A stretch of DNA of 64,000 bases from Terriglobia bacterium (GCA_963741105.1 CAVUGT010000014.1:7952-71951), one strand, 5' to 3'. Numbered from the stretch's first letter, positions 10,572-21,023 are shown. Program-made: numbers and translations. Notes: a model not told the origin generated them from the letters alone.

Positions 10572-11897
10572 TTACGGGTATAACCGGTTCAACATCCGCG
10601 GAAATGGAATCGTCTCCCGCACATGTTCCAAGCCGCAGATCCATGCCACCGCCCGTTCAATTCCCATGCCAAAGCCGCCATGCGGCACGCTGCCAAATTT
10701 GCGCAGGTCAAGGTACCACTTGAAAGCCTCTTCGGGAAGCCCGTGTTCGCGAATCCGTTGCACCAGCAACTCGTACGACGCCATACGCTGCGATCCGCCA
10801 ATGATCTCGCCATAGCCTTCCGGCGCCAGCACGTCCACGCACAAAGCGAGATCCGGCCGCTTCGGATCAGGCTCCATGTAGAACGCCTTTACCTTTGCAG
10901 GATAACGATGGACCATCAGCGGCTTGTCGAACTGTGACGAAATGTAAGTCTCGTCCGGCGATCCGAGATCACCACCCCACTCGAATTTGTTTTCGAGAGC
11001 CCCCTTGGCGTGCGCTTCCTCCAGCATCTTCGCTGCTTCGTCGTACGTGATCCGCGGAAACGGCGCTTCAATCTTTTCCAGCTTGGTAAGATCGCGGCCG
11101 ATGATTTGAAGATCGCTGCGCCGCCGCTCCAGACAACGCTTCACCAGGAAGCTGATCAAACCCTCGGCCAAATCCATGAGATCGTCGAGCTCGGCGTATG
11201 CAACTTCGGGCTCGACCATCCAGAATTCGGTGAGATGTCGTCGCGTCTTCGATTTCTCCGCGCGAAATGTTGGACCGAACGAATAGACCTTGCCCAGCGC
11301 CATCGCGGTCGCTTCGATATACAGCTGCCCGGACTGAGTGAGAAATGCCTGCTCGTCAAAATAATCGACCGGAAACAGAGTGGACGTGCCCTCGCAGGCC
11401 GCCGGAGTAATGATTGGCGGATCGGTCAGAGTGAAACCGCGTTCATCAAAAAAGTCGCGTGCCGCTTTGATAATCTCCGCGCGTACTCGCAGGATCGACG
11501 CTTGCCGCTGCGACCGCACCCAAAGATGGCGGTGCTCCATCAGGAACTCGACGCCATGTTCTTTGGGAGAAATCGGATACGGGTCATTCTCCGCCACGCG
11601 CTGCAGCACCTGAACCCCCGAAACATCGAGTTCATATCCGCCCGGCGCACGCTTGTCTGCGCGGACCTTGCCTTCGACAATGACGCTGGATTCCTGCGTC
11701 AGGCCCTTGATTGCGTCGAACACCTCAGGAGCCACGGCGTTCTTCGGCACCACACCTTGGATCACTCCAGAGCCATCGCGAAATTGGGGAAAGAGCAGCT
11801 TCCCGCTCTCGCGCAAGTTGTAGAGCCAACCCCGAATAGTGACAGTCTCGCCCTCGTGCTTGCCGATTTCTGAAATCGTGCTGACAGGTGACGACAT
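10572..11897 (-). CDS. asnS: Asparagine--tRNA ligase
   Basis: 441 aa. N-terminal OB fold ([25 protein letters not shown]), class II motifs, and the C-terminus [28 protein letters not shown] typical of AsnRS. Confidence 0.88.
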   Translation of the reverse strand: MSSPVSTISEIGKHEGETVTIRGWLYNLRESGKLLFPQFRDGSGVIQGVVPKNAVAPEVFDAIKGLTQESSVIVEGKVRADKRAPGGYELDVSGVQVLQRVAENDPYPISPKEHGVEFLMEHRHLWVRSQRQASILRVRAEIIKAARDFFDERGFTLTDPPIITPAACEGTSTLFPVDYFDEQAFLTQSGQLYIEATAMALGKVYSFGPTFRAEKSKTRRHLTEFWMVEPEVAYAELDDLMDLAEGLISFLVKRCLERRRSDLQIIGRDLTKLEKIEAPFPRITYDEAAKMLEEAHAKGALENKFEWGGDLGSPDETYISSQFDKPLMVHRYPAKVKAFYMEPDPKRPDLALCVDVLAPEGYGEIIGGSQRMASYELLVQRIREHGLPEEAFKWYLDLRKFGSVPHGGFGMGIERAVAWICGLEHVRETIPFPRMLNRLYP

Positions 11898-11908
11898 AAG
11901 ATTTTAGG

Positions 11909-11958
11909 TAGCGCCGGCGTCCTGCCGGCTGTCGCGAGGGCATCCCGCCCTCGCCGCA
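11909..11958. repeat. REP-like double hairpin (GTAGCGCCGGCGTCC family), copy 1
   Basis: TAGCGCCGGCGTCCTGCCGGCTGTCGCGAGGGCATCCCGCCCTCGCCGC. Two adjacent stem-loops, each with a TCC-type loop, in the asnS upstream gap. Confidence 0.6.
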
Positions 11959-11965
11959 ACGAATA

Positions 11966-12793
11966 CTATTCCGACTCCAGCTTCTCAAACACTTCCCGCA
12001 TCTTCTCCACGGGATTCACCTTTTCGTCGCCTTCAATCTCCAGCAGCAACGGCGGCGTATTCGGAGCTGAACGCAACAACTCCATCGCTTCCTTCCAGTC
12101 GATGTTTCCGGCTCCCGGCCAAAAGTGCGAATCGCGATCTCCGGCATTGTCGTGGACGTGCGTCGAGTGAATATGACCCTTCAAGATTTCAAACGCAGCT
12201 GCCACGTTGCCCATGATATGCGCATGGCCGACGTCGAAGCATATGCCCATGTCGTCGAAGTGCGTAATCTGGATAAAGTCCACCAACTTGTCCGGCGTGC
12301 TTAACTCGTTGGGAATATTTTCCAGCAGGATGCGCACACCAAGGGGCTTGGCAAACGCACGCAGGTGCTCGATCGAAGTCATGGCGGCTTCAAATTTGCG
12401 ATCGTCGAACGATTCGCCGCTGGTCCCCATGTGCTGTACCAGGAAGCGAAAGGGGATTTGCTCGGCCACTTCGATGGCGCGCTTGATCTCGTCCATGGCC
12501 TCGATGCGCTGCGCCCGATCGGTGGCGGCCACGTTCACCGGAGGTCCTCCGGTGCGTCCGCCTTCGTAATCCGCATACATCGGTGAATGCACGGAATGCA
12601 GAGCTACGCCGCTGTTCTGAAACCAATCCGCAATTTCGCGCACATGCTGTTTGCGATTTGCATAGTCAAGATGCTGTCGCGCCGCGAAAATTTCGATGGC
12701 CTGGGCTCCGCCGCGCACCAAGCCGTCGAGCAGCCCAGGATGCAGCCGCTCTTTCACATACACGTAAGTGGACATCGCTTTCAACATGATCAA
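11966..12793 (-). CDS. Sugar phosphate isomerase/epimerase (xylose isomerase-like TIM barrel)
   Basis: 275 aa with the pattern ...LENIP...FD.GHA...H.HDN... characteristic of the AP_endonuc_2/TIM-barrel family. Confidence 0.8.
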   Translation of the reverse strand: MIMLKAMSTYVYVKERLHPGLLDGLVRGGAQAIEIFAARQHLDYANRKQHVREIADWFQNSGVALHSVHSPMYADYEGGRTGGPPVNVAATDRAQRIEAMDEIKRAIEVAEQIPFRFLVQHMGTSGESFDDRKFEAAMTSIEHLRAFAKPLGVRILLENIPNELSTPDKLVDFIQITHFDDMGICFDVGHAHIMGNVAAAFEILKGHIHSTHVHDNAGDRDSHFWPGAGNIDWKEAMELLRSAPNTPPLLLEIEGDEKVNPVEKMREVFEKLESE

Positions 12794-12809
12794 TCCTGTT
12801 CGTCCAACC

Positions 12810-14538
12810 CTAAAACCCTACCGCTCTGCCATTATTACGCTTGTCGCTGGCGCCCAACCGATCTCCCCGTTTCGGATCGATCATGATGCACTCGCCATCG
12901 CTCCATGATTCTTCGGTCTCCACCTTGTGGCCCATTCCCGCCAACTGCTTGACCGCTTCCGAAGGAAATCCCTGTTCCGTGTAACTTACATCCGGCAACC
13001 ACTGGTGATGAAAGCGCGGAGCGTTTACCGCTTCCTGAATATTCATTCCGTAGTCGACCACTCCCATCAGGATGTTGGCGACGGTAGTGATAATCCGCGG
13101 GCCTCCCGGAGAGCCCAGCACCAGAAACAGCTTACCGTCTTTCAGGACGATCGTGGGCGCCATCGCCGAAAGCATCCGCTTGCCCGGGGCAATCGCGTTA
13201 GCCGGGCCCTGAATCAGCCCGAACATGTTGGGCACACCTTGCTTCGCGACAAAGTCGTCCATCTCATCGTTTAGCAGAAAACCCAGCCCCTCGGCCGTTA
13301 CCCGCGAGCCAAAGCTGTCATTCAGCGTGGTCGTAACCGCAACCGCATTGCCCTCGGGATCGACCACTGAATAGTGCGTCGTATGATTTGGTTCCGCTGC
13401 GCCGACGCCCGGAAAATGTGCTGCAGCCTCCTGCTCGAGCCCGCTGAAGCTGGCCGGACGTTTCAAATCCTTACTGACGCTGGCATGCTCGGGATCAATC
13501 GATTCCCGCCAGGCCGCACCATAGTGGTTGTCGATGAGTTGAGCTACGGGAATTTTCGAAAAATCCGGATCACCCAGAAACTCCGCCCGATCGAAGAACG
13601 CGCGGCGGAAGGCCTCCAGAGTCAGGTGCATCGCTTGCGGCGACCGCCCTCCAAGTTTCGCCAGATTGTAGCCCTCGAGAATATTCAGGATCTCGATCAG
13701 CGTGGTCCCGCCCGACGAGGGCGGCGGTGCGCTGATGATCTCGTATCCGCGGTACGATCCCCGCACCGCCTCGCGCTCTTTCACTTCATAAGCTGCCAGA
13801 TCGTCGGCCGTGATTAGGCCTCCGCCCTTCTGCATCGAGGCCGCCAGTTCTCGCGCCATCGCTCCGTGATAGAAGTCGTCCGGATTGGTGGCGATCCGTT
13901 TCAAGGTTCGCGCCAGATCCGGCTGCTTGAAAATCTCTCCGGCTTTGTAATAGTTTCCATCCCGCTGAAAAATACGCCGCGATTCAGGAAACTTCGCCAG
14001 ATCTTTATCTTCCTGAATTTCGGCGGCGTCCTGGGCAGCCAGCGCAAAGCCATCCTCCGCCAGCTTGATCGCGGGAGCCATCACCTGCGCCAGCGTCAGC
14101 TTGCCGTACTTCTTCTCCGCGTAAACCATCCCGGCCACAGACCCCGGCACTCCGATCGCCTTGTAGCCGATGGTGCTGGCGTCTTCGATGACATCACCCT
14201 TGGCATCCAGATACATGTTCGCGGTAGCTGCCGCCGGAGCTTTCTCGCGATAGTCAACGAAGTGCGTCTTGCCGTCCGCGAACCGCAGTCAGCATGAATC
14301 CGCCGCCACCCAAATTCCCCGCCTGCGGATGCACCACGGCCAAAGTGAAGCCAACGGCCACGGCCGCGTCGACAGCATTCCCGCCGGCTTTCATCATCTG
14401 TACCCCGGCCCGCGAGGCCAACAGGTGGACACTGACCACCATCCCGCGAGGCGCAACCACAGGCACGAGCCGCTCCCCGAAAGCCGACAAACTCGGCATC
14501 AAGGCCAGCAGAATGAGTAACTTGCAATGAGGTCGCAT
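12810..14538 (-). pseudogene. ggt: Gamma-glutamyltransferase interrupted by a frameshift
   Basis: ORF 14254..14538 encodes the signal peptide and N-terminus up to GGGGFML. The sequence continues in another frame as [31 protein letters not shown]..., which runs into ORF 12810..14216 containing the TTHYSVVD autoprocessing-site region. The frame change is near 14286-14292. Confidence 0.8.
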
Positions 14539-14625
14539 GGGCAGGGACTGCTAGAGGCTAGCCCAGTGGCAGAGCGAGAGTCAAATCAGCAGATCAAGCC
14601 ACATCTTGTGATCTCCACCGGACAT

Positions 14626-14670
14626 GTGGGGACGGGTCTCCGACCCGTCCAGGCCGAGCAAAAGCTCGGC
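14626..14670. repeat. REP-like hairpin pair (GTGGGGAC family)
   Basis: GTGGGGACGGGTCTCCGACCCGTCC, then GCCGAGC-AAAA-GCTCGGC. Lies in the gap between ggt and the yjbR-like gene. Confidence 0.55.
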
Positions 14671-14732
14671 AAGCCTTTTGTTACCGACCGTTCCGGCAGA
14701 TTTTTCGTGCCCATTGCGAAAAACGAGAAAGG

Positions 14733-15113
14733 CTAACGCTTCTTCCCGCGGACCCTGCTCGCCCTCCGAACTTTTTTCCCCGGGACTTTCCCAACTTTCG
14801 CCTTCGCCGCCACCATCCCATACGACTGCTCAATCAAATCCTTCACGTCGCTCCACGGCAGCACATCCAACCTCTCGAACGACACCCACTTGTAGCGCCC
14901 CAGATACGGCGCCGGGATAATGTCTTCCTGCTCCACCAACTCCGCAAACCTCTCCGGATCGCACTTGAACATCAATCGTGGCGGAACTGCATTGAGATTG
15001 AGCAAAGCAAAAATCTTCCCTCCCACCTTGAAGCAGAGGTCATCTCCCCATTGCAGGTTCTCAGTAGCATGAGGAAATGAGAGACAAAATTTGCGAACGG
15101 ATTCAACACTCAT
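14733..15113 (-). CDS. MmcQ/YjbR family DNA-binding protein
   Basis: N-terminus MSVESVRKFCLSFPHATENLQWGDDLCFKVGGKIFA is typical of the YjbR family. 126 aa. Confidence 0.8.
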   Translation of the reverse strand: MSVESVRKFCLSFPHATENLQWGDDLCFKVGGKIFALLNLNAVPPRLMFKCDPERFAELVEQEDIIPAPYLGRYKWVSFERLDVLPWSDVKDLIEQSYGMVAAKAKVGKVPGKKVRRASRVRGKKR

Positions 15114-15175
15114 ATTCTTGAGACTCGCGAATCTAATCTGCGGAACGTAGAATCAAAGCCCGTTAGGAGATTGAA

Positions 15176-16144
15176 ATGCAAACCAGACAACTTGGCAACT
15201 CCGACTTACACATCACGCGGGTAGGCTACGGAGCGTGGGCCATCGGCGGGTCCGGTTGGCAGTTCGCGTGGGGATCACAAGATGACAACGATTCCATCGC
15301 CGCCATCCATCGTTCTCTCGAACTGGGTGTGAACTGGATTGACACCGCTGCCGTTTACGGCCTGGGCCATTCCGAAGAAATCGTGGCCAAGGCCCTGAAG
15401 GCCTGGTCTGGACCTCGGCCTTATGTGTTCACCAAATGCGGCCGCCTCTGGGATGAAAAAGGCAACGTCCGCGGTGGCCTGAGCGCCGATTCCATCCGCC
15501 GCGAAATCGAGGACAGCCTGCGCCGCCTCGGCACCGACGTCATCGATCTCTACCAGATTCACTGGCCACCCAATCCTGACTCTCCGGAACTCGAAGAGGG
15601 ATGGTCGACCCTTGCCGACCTGAAACGTCAAGGCAAAGTGCGCTGGATCGGCGTCTCGAATTTCAATGCCGGACAACTGAAGCGGGCCCAGGCCATCGCT
15701 CCGGTCACTTCGCTACAGCCTCCTTATTCGCTGATTCACCGCGATGTGGAGGCCGAAACTCTGCCTTATTGTCTGCGCGAAAATATTGGTGTGATCGTCT
15801 ATTCGCCGATGGCGTCCGGCCTGTTGACCGGAGCCATGACGCGCGAACGTGCCGCCGACCTGCCCAAGGACGACTGGCGCCGCAACAATGCAAATTTCAA
15901 CGAGCCCAAACTGTCGAAGAACCTGGCCTTGGTAGAACGGCTGCGTGAAATTGGCAAACGCCACGGCCGCTCCCCGGGCGAAGTCGCGATTGCATGGACG
16001 CTCAAGAATCCAGCAGTGACCGCCGCCATCGTAGGCGCCCGCAACGCCAACCAGGCCGACGGCGTCATGCGCGCCGGCGAATTGTCTCTTACGGACGCAG
16101 AAGTATCTGAGATTGAAAACTCTTCAGCCGAGTCAGCAGCGTAA
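15176..16144 (+). CDS. Aldo/keto reductase
   Basis: GNSDLHITRVGYGAWAIGG, IDTAAVYGLGHSEE and IDLYQIHWP motifs. AGGAG before the ATG. Confidence 0.9.
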   Translation: MQTRQLGNSDLHITRVGYGAWAIGGSGWQFAWGSQDDNDSIAAIHRSLELGVNWIDTAAVYGLGHSEEIVAKALKAWSGPRPYVFTKCGRLWDEKGNVRGGLSADSIRREIEDSLRRLGTDVIDLYQIHWPPNPDSPELEEGWSTLADLKRQGKVRWIGVSNFNAGQLKRAQAIAPVTSLQPPYSLIHRDVEAETLPYCLRENIGVIVYSPMASGLLTGAMTRERAADLPKDDWRRNNANFNEPKLSKNLALVERLREIGKRHGRSPGEVAIAWTLKNPAVTAAIVGARNANQADGVMRAGELSLTDAEVSEIENSSAESAA

Positions 16145-16208
16145 GGAGTGCCAACTCAAGGATTTCCGTCTGGGTGGGGAGAACCGGTCAGCGACTGTAA
16201 TGGCGATG

Positions 16209-16697
16209 TTACGCCAATTGACCTTTCAGGGCTGCGTTTTTCCAGCCAAAATGTCGCGGAGGAATTGTTCCAAGTACGGCTCCTCCTTCGCCCCGGCGAC
16301 CCAACTCGTCCGCGAAGATAACAATAAAGGCAAGGTACAGAGTGATGCTAGAAGCCGTGATTAGAAATCCGCGCCAAGTAGTGGTCAGGAGCCCAGTCGC
16401 AGCGATAGCGAGGGACACGGCCCAGATCGCGAGACTCAAGTAGGAAGGACGAAATTTGCCGACAACTCTTGTTAGTTCAGCGTCGTCATGAAAACGCCCC
16501 ACCAATATTGGCGCGAGACTATTTTGCGAGTCGCGTTTCTTACGAATGCGGAAGCTGCCATTTTTGACATTACCCACAACTGACTTTTGATACGGCTCGG
16601 GGAGGATTGTGAAGCGGAGCCGGTCAATGTTGGATCGCAGCCGTTCGCTACATAGCTGGGCTGGTATGTCTGCCGTAAATTCTAGATGTTTCCACAC
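16209..16697 (-). CDS. Hypothetical membrane protein
   Basis: Only an ORF plus two hydrophobic segments. No family recognised. Confidence 0.4.
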   Translation of the reverse strand: MWKHLEFTADIPAQLCSERLRSNIDRLRFTILPEPYQKSVVGNVKNGSFRIRKKRDSQNSLAPILVGRFHDDAELTRVVGKFRPSYLSLAIWAVSLAIAATGLLTTTWRGFLITASSITLYLAFIVIFADELGRRGEGGAVLGTIPPRHFGWKNAALKGQLA

Positions 16698-16761
16698 GGG
16701 CTAGGGGATGATACCTAACGCAAACAGTAATTCGGCCTGCAATTTTCGCCGCATGTCGATG

Positions 16762-17283
16762 CTACTTTTCCAAGATTCTGGCAACTGCTGTGATCGTATT
16801 CCAGTTACGTGTCGTCGCCGGAACCCCGAAAACTTTATCCAGCTGGCCCAGGTAACGGATCGCTTTCATTTCGCGCCGGTACAGGCCGAGGACGAACCGG
16901 TCTTTTATGGCGAGGATTTTCAAAGACCATTCGTCCCCCGAAGGAAGACTAAAAGGGATGGAAGGCAAAGGCCGCCCACGTTTTGCCAATATGCTCACAA
17001 ACCAAACGATTTTCGGTCCCACGGGCTGACCCGCAAACGGATTCGCCGATTGCAGTTCGAGCACGTCCTTCCCTTTGCAAATTACCACTTCGGTCTCAAA
17101 CGGCAATCGCTTTGCCAGCTCCGCACGCAGTCTGGCCTGACTAATCCGTTTCCGCACCACGAAAGTTCCGGCGGCGCCAAAATTCACGAGGTCGAAGCCG
17201 CTCAGCTCTTTCGCGAGGATGCTCGGCCGAAAAGTCCTGTGGCCTCCGACGTTGACTCCTCTCAAGAAGACGACCAGCGCCAT
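16762..17283 (-). CDS. DUF1697 domain protein
   Basis: MALVVFLRGVNVGGHRTF N-terminus typical of DUF1697. 173 aa. Confidence 0.8.
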   Translation of the reverse strand: MALVVFLRGVNVGGHRTFRPSILAKELSGFDLVNFGAAGTFVVRKRISQARLRAELAKRLPFETEVVICKGKDVLELQSANPFAGQPVGPKIVWFVSILAKRGRPLPSIPFSLPSGDEWSLKILAIKDRFVLGLYRREMKAIRYLGQLDKVFGVPATTRNWNTITAVARILEK

Positions 17284-17297
17284 GACAATTCACTCGC

Positions 17298-18440
17298 TCA
17301 AACCTGTTCCCGTGCCTCACCCAGCGTTACGTTCACATCCATCTTCTTTTTCGCCCGATAGATTGTGAGCCGCACCGTGTCGCCCGCACGGTGACTGTTC
17401 ATCATCTGGCTGAGATCCTGCTGGTCCTGAACGTCCTGACCATCAATCGCCACAATCAGGTCGCCGCCCACCATGATCGGCATGTTGCCCAGATACGCGC
17501 GCTCAGTGCCGCCTTTCAAGCCGGCGCGATCCGCCGCTCCACCGGGCACCACCTGAACGATCAGCAATCCGCTGTCCGCGGCCAGTCCCAACTGGTCGGC
17601 TAGTTCCGGCGTAATCGGGATCGTACGCACGCCCAGTGCCGGACGCCGCACGCGGCCCAGCGTCATTAAGTCGTTCAGCACGGCTTTGGCGGTGTTCACC
17701 GGAATGGCAAAACCAATGCCCGCGCTCTGTCCGACGTTCGAAGCGATCATGGTGTTGATGCCAATCACTTCACCGTGGAGGTTCAGCAGCGGCCCGCCGG
17801 AATTTCCGGGGTTGATGGCCGCATCGGTCTGGATGGCTTCATCAATCTGCATTCCGTCCGGCTCCTGCACCGGGCGGATCGAACTGATGATGCCCCGAGT
17901 CATCGTCCCAGCGAGACCGAAGGGATTGCCGATCGCGTAGACTTTTTGCCCAACCTGCAAATTGTGCGAGTCACCGAGCACCATCGGGGTCAGTCCCGGG
18001 CCTTTGATTTGAATCACTGCCAGATCGTGCGAGCGGTCAGTCCCCACCACCGTGGCGCGGAATTTCTTCCGGTTGTGCAGTGTGACTTCCACCTGGCGGG
18101 CTTCGGCGATCACGTGATAGTTGGTCAGCACATGGCCTTCTTTATCGATGATGAAGCCCGAGCCCTGCCCTTCTTGTGGCACCAGTCCGTAAAAGAAATC
18201 AAACGTCACGGCCCGCGAAGTGATGTTCACCACGGAATCGATGTTCTTGCGATAGACGCTGATGTTGTTCTGCTCTTCGGCATCGAACGGCTCGACTGCG
18301 GAAGCTTCTGTGATTTCCACCTTCTCAATGGGCCGGCCGAACCAGCTGGTGGGATGCATGCGTCCCGAGCGGTAGGTCGTGAAGTAATAGAACGCGCCGG
18401 CAAAAATCAAAGCCAGCAAAACAGGTCGCAGCAGTTTCAT
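17298..18440 (-). CDS. HtrA/DegP-like S1C serine protease with PDZ domain
   Basis: TNYHV (His), DLAVI (Asp) and GNSGGPL (Ser) catalytic triad motifs. C-terminal PDZ-like region. N-terminal TM anchor. Confidence 0.9.
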   Translation of the reverse strand: MKLLRPVLLALIFAGAFYYFTTYRSGRMHPTSWFGRPIEKVEITEASAVEPFDAEEQNNISVYRKNIDSVVNITSRAVTFDFFYGLVPQEGQGSGFIIDKEGHVLTNYHVIAEARQVEVTLHNRKKFRATVVGTDRSHDLAVIQIKGPGLTPMVLGDSHNLQVGQKVYAIGNPFGLAGTMTRGIISSIRPVQEPDGMQIDEAIQTDAAINPGNSGGPLLNLHGEVIGINTMIASNVGQSAGIGFAIPVNTAKAVLNDLMTLGRVRRPALGVRTIPITPELADQLGLAADSGLLIVQVVPGGAADRAGLKGGTERAYLGNMPIMVGGDLIVAIDGQDVQDQQDLSQMMNSHRAGDTVRLTIYRAKKKMDVNVTLGEAREQV

Positions 18441-18468
18441 AGTTCAACAACCTTCCCGACGTGGTTCG

Positions 18469-19095
18469 TTATCCCGCTTCCTTCTCCAACTCAACGGAAA
18501 TTTTCTTCACCTGCCGCTCGGTTTCATCAAGCGAGCCCGAGTTGTCGATCACGTAGTCGGCGGCTTTGATCTTTTCTTCATCTGGAAGTTGCGCTGCCAT
18601 CCGCCGCGTAACTTCCCCGCGCGCCGTTTCCAAATCAACTTTCAACCGCCGCGCCCAGCGTTCGATACGCTGTTCGGGACGGCAGGTCACCACCACTAAT
18701 CGATCGAAGCCCTCCGCCATCCGGGCTTCAAGAATAAGCGCTGCCTCAACCATGGCAATGGTATGCGGATCGCGTCGGCCAACCTCGGCAATCCACTCTT
18801 CCTGCCGCCGGATCACAGCCGGATGGACAATCTGATTCAGTTCCTGAACCCGCGACGGTTTTCCAACGCCGCCGAAGGCGAGTTCTGCCAGACGCGCACG
18901 GTTCACCTTGCCGTCGGGATCCAGAATTTCAGAGCCGAAGTGCTCCACCACTTCTCGGTAAACGGCTTCGCCGGGCATCATAAGCTGGTGGGAAATGTCG
19001 TCAGCCTGAATCACCTGCGCGCCCAATGCGGCAAACATCTTTCCCACCACGGATTTGCCCGCGGCGATGCCTCCGGTCAATCCAACCTTAAGCAC
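18469..19095 (-). CDS. coaE: Dephospho-CoA kinase
   Basis: GLTGGIAAGKS P-loop at the N-terminus. 208 aa with family-typical layout. Confidence 0.88.
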   Translation of the reverse strand: MLKVGLTGGIAAGKSVVGKMFAALGAQVIQADDISHQLMMPGEAVYREVVEHFGSEILDPDGKVNRARLAELAFGGVGKPSRVQELNQIVHPAVIRRQEEWIAEVGRRDPHTIAMVEAALILEARMAEGFDRLVVVTCRPEQRIERWARRLKVDLETARGEVTRRMAAQLPDEEKIKAADYVIDNSGSLDETERQVKKISVELEKEAG

Positions 19096-20044
19096 TTCGC
19101 GCGTGCTCGGCCGCCCGGACTGGCAGGCGCGAGCCCCTCCGCATCTTGGCGGCCTTCACCGTGTTGGACATCAGCATGGCGATGGTCAGCGGGCCCACAC
19201 CACCCGGGACAGGCGTAATTGCGCCCGCCACTTCCGCCACATGGGGATCGACGTCGCCCACTAACGTCGACCCTTTCGTCCTGAAAGTTTCCTCACGCCT
19301 GGCGTCGCCGGCAAAAAGCCGATCAAATTCGGCGCGCTCGGTCACTTTGTTCATGCCGACATCAATTACGGTGGCACCCGGCTTCACGAAGTCCCGAGTA
19401 ATCATTCCCGATCGGCCGATCGCCGCCACCAGAATATCGGCGCGGCGGCAGACGCCGGGAAGGTCCCGTGTCTTCGAGTGGCACACGGTCACGGTCGCAT
19501 TCGCATTGATCAGCAGCATGGCCGCGGGCTTGCCCACAATATCGCTGCGCCCCACCACCACCGCGTCCTGACCGGCGATCGGAATCTTGCTGCGCTTCAA
19601 AATCTCCATGATTCCCGCCGGGGTACAGGGCACCAGCCCCGGCCGCTGGGTGGAGAGAAATCCTACGTTCATGGGATGGAACCCGTCCACGTCTTTGCCC
19701 GGGTCCACCGCCATCAGGATTTTCTTGGAGTCAACTTGCGCCGGCAACGGCAACTGCACCAGGATTCCATCGATCTCATCGCGCCGGTTCAATTCGAGCA
19801 CCAGTTCCAGCAACTCCTGGCTCGAAATCGTGTCCGGAGGCGTAATCTGCTCGCTGTAGATGCCCACCTCGCCACAACTCTTTACCTTCCCCCGAACGTA
19901 GATCTCGGAGGCCGGATTGTGCCCGACCAGAATGACCGCCAGACCGGGACGAACTCCGGCGGCCGTCATGTCTTTTACTTCCACAGCAACCTCCGCCCGT
20001 ATTTCAGCGGCGATCTTGTTGCCGTCCAGAATCGTGGCAGCCAT
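19088..20044 (-). CDS. folD: Bifunctional methylenetetrahydrofolate dehydrogenase/cyclohydrolase
   Basis: ILDGNKIAAEIR..., YVRGKVKSC, VVVGRSDIVGKP and PVPGGVGPLTIAML motifs. About 30 aa of C-terminal extension overlaps the coaE start by 8 nt. Confidence 0.9.
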   Translation of the reverse strand: MAATILDGNKIAAEIRAEVAVEVKDMTAAGVRPGLAVILVGHNPASEIYVRGKVKSCGEVGIYSEQITPPDTISSQELLELVLELNRRDEIDGILVQLPLPAQVDSKKILMAVDPGKDVDGFHPMNVGFLSTQRPGLVPCTPAGIMEILKRSKIPIAGQDAVVVGRSDIVGKPAAMLLINANATVTVCHSKTRDLPGVCRRADILVAAIGRSGMITRDFVKPGATVIDVGMNKVTERAEFDRLFAGDARREETFRTKGSTLVGDVDPHVAEVAGAITPVPGGVGPLTIAMLMSNTVKAAKMRRGSRLPVRAAEHARSA

Positions 20045-20103
20045 GAAGCCTCCGAGGAACGACTTTATCGTAAATCATCTCTCGTCGTTCGAGTTCGGCC
20101 CAA

Positions 20104-20137
20104 CTGAGAACCGGGAACTGACAACTAAAAACTGAGG
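20104..20137 (+). repeat. CTGAGAAC-type purine-rich intergenic motif, copy 2
   Basis: CTGAGAACCGGGAACTGACAACTAAAAACTGAGG, in the divergent folD / trm112-like gap. Confidence 0.6.
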
Positions 20138-20212
20138 TCCAGTCCAATCGCGAAACCACAGTCGAGACCCTCTAAGCCTTGTCCCTCCGGACAGAAAGCG
20201 TAAAATCCCTCC

Positions 20213-20383
20213 ATGATTCCTCAAGACCTGCTCGACATCCTGGTTTGTCCCGTCTGCAAAAAACCGCTCGCCTTGAAAGACCAAGGGCAGAGTCTGAAGT
20301 GCTCCGAGTGCAGCCGCGTCTACCCGGTGCGTGACGGAATCCCGATCATGCTGGTTGACGAAGCCGTCATTGATCCGTCTTAG
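20213..20383 (+). CDS. Trm112 family (UPF0434) small zinc-ribbon protein
   Basis: 56-aa ORF below the track cutoff: MIPQDLLDILVCPVCKKPLALKDQGQSLKCSECSRVYPVRDGIPIMLVDEAVIDPS. CPxC...CxxC and the RDGIP.ML signature are present. Confidence 0.75.
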   Translation: MIPQDLLDILVCPVCKKPLALKDQGQSLKCSECSRVYPVRDGIPIMLVDEAVIDPS

Positions 20384-20466
20384 CATGACCCGTCCTGAGA
20401 GCCATATTCTGTCATCGCATCTCGTCCCAGAACGACACAACGTGTCAAGATCGAGAATTCCCGTTA

Positions 20467-20482
20467 TGGCACGTTCGTGCCA
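20467..20482. promoter_or_regulatory. Perfect 16-bp palindrome, candidate operator
   Basis: TGGCACG-TT-CGTGCCA, about 200 nt upstream of the 20682 ORF. Confidence 0.3.
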
Positions 20483-20681
20483 CAAAAATCAGCCTCGCCG
20501 ACGCATCCAAAGATTCAGGTGTCTGCAACTTACCGCAACGCAAGGGGTTTAAGAAACCAAATCGGGGCTGCCAACGTATATAGAAAGGGAGCCCGATGTG
20601 GGCCCCAAAATTGCATGCAACGTTCATGGCAGGCAGTGAGTCTAATAGTTAAGGAAATGCAGGTCGGAGGTGATAACGACC

Positions 20682-20912
20682 ATGAAAGAACGATTCTCCA
20701 GTACCGAACTGTCGGCTCTGCGCAACGATCTTCTTCAGGGTGGTTTGATCGATTCGCGCGAGGCCGCTGAACTCCTGCAAGTCTTCCTCATGGGCCGTGG
20801 CTACGGGGTGTCGCCTCAGGCAGCCATGGATGCCGTGGGCCGGGTTGAGATGTCAGGCTGCTCCATGCCGGTACTGCAGAAAGAGCTGGAGGGTCTGGCT
20901 CTGGTGATGTAA
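20682..20912 (+). CDS. Small hypothetical protein
   Basis: ATG at 20682 preceded by GGAGGTG with a 9-nt spacer. 76 aa, followed by a clear terminator. No family recognised. Confidence 0.45.
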   Translation: MKERFSSTELSALRNDLLQGGLIDSREAAELLQVFLMGRGYGVSPQAAMDAVGRVEMSGCSMPVLQKELEGLALVM

Positions 20913-20992
20913 GCGGTGACCAAAAGTATGTAAGAAATCTACGGGGACCTCAGAACCAAGCCGTTTCCCCGCGAGGTGAATAACAAGAATCA

Positions 20993-21023
20993 GCCGGGCT
21001 AACCAGCCCGGCATTTTTGTTTT
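20993..21023 (+). terminator. Rho-independent terminator
   Basis: GCCGGGCT-AACC-AGCCCGGC followed by ATTTTTGTTTT. Confidence 0.65.

Noticed and set aside
20467-20482. Sigma-54 promoter (TGGCAC...TGC).
   Set aside because: GG and GC are separated by 9 nt instead of the canonical 10, and the site is a perfect palindrome, which fits an operator better.
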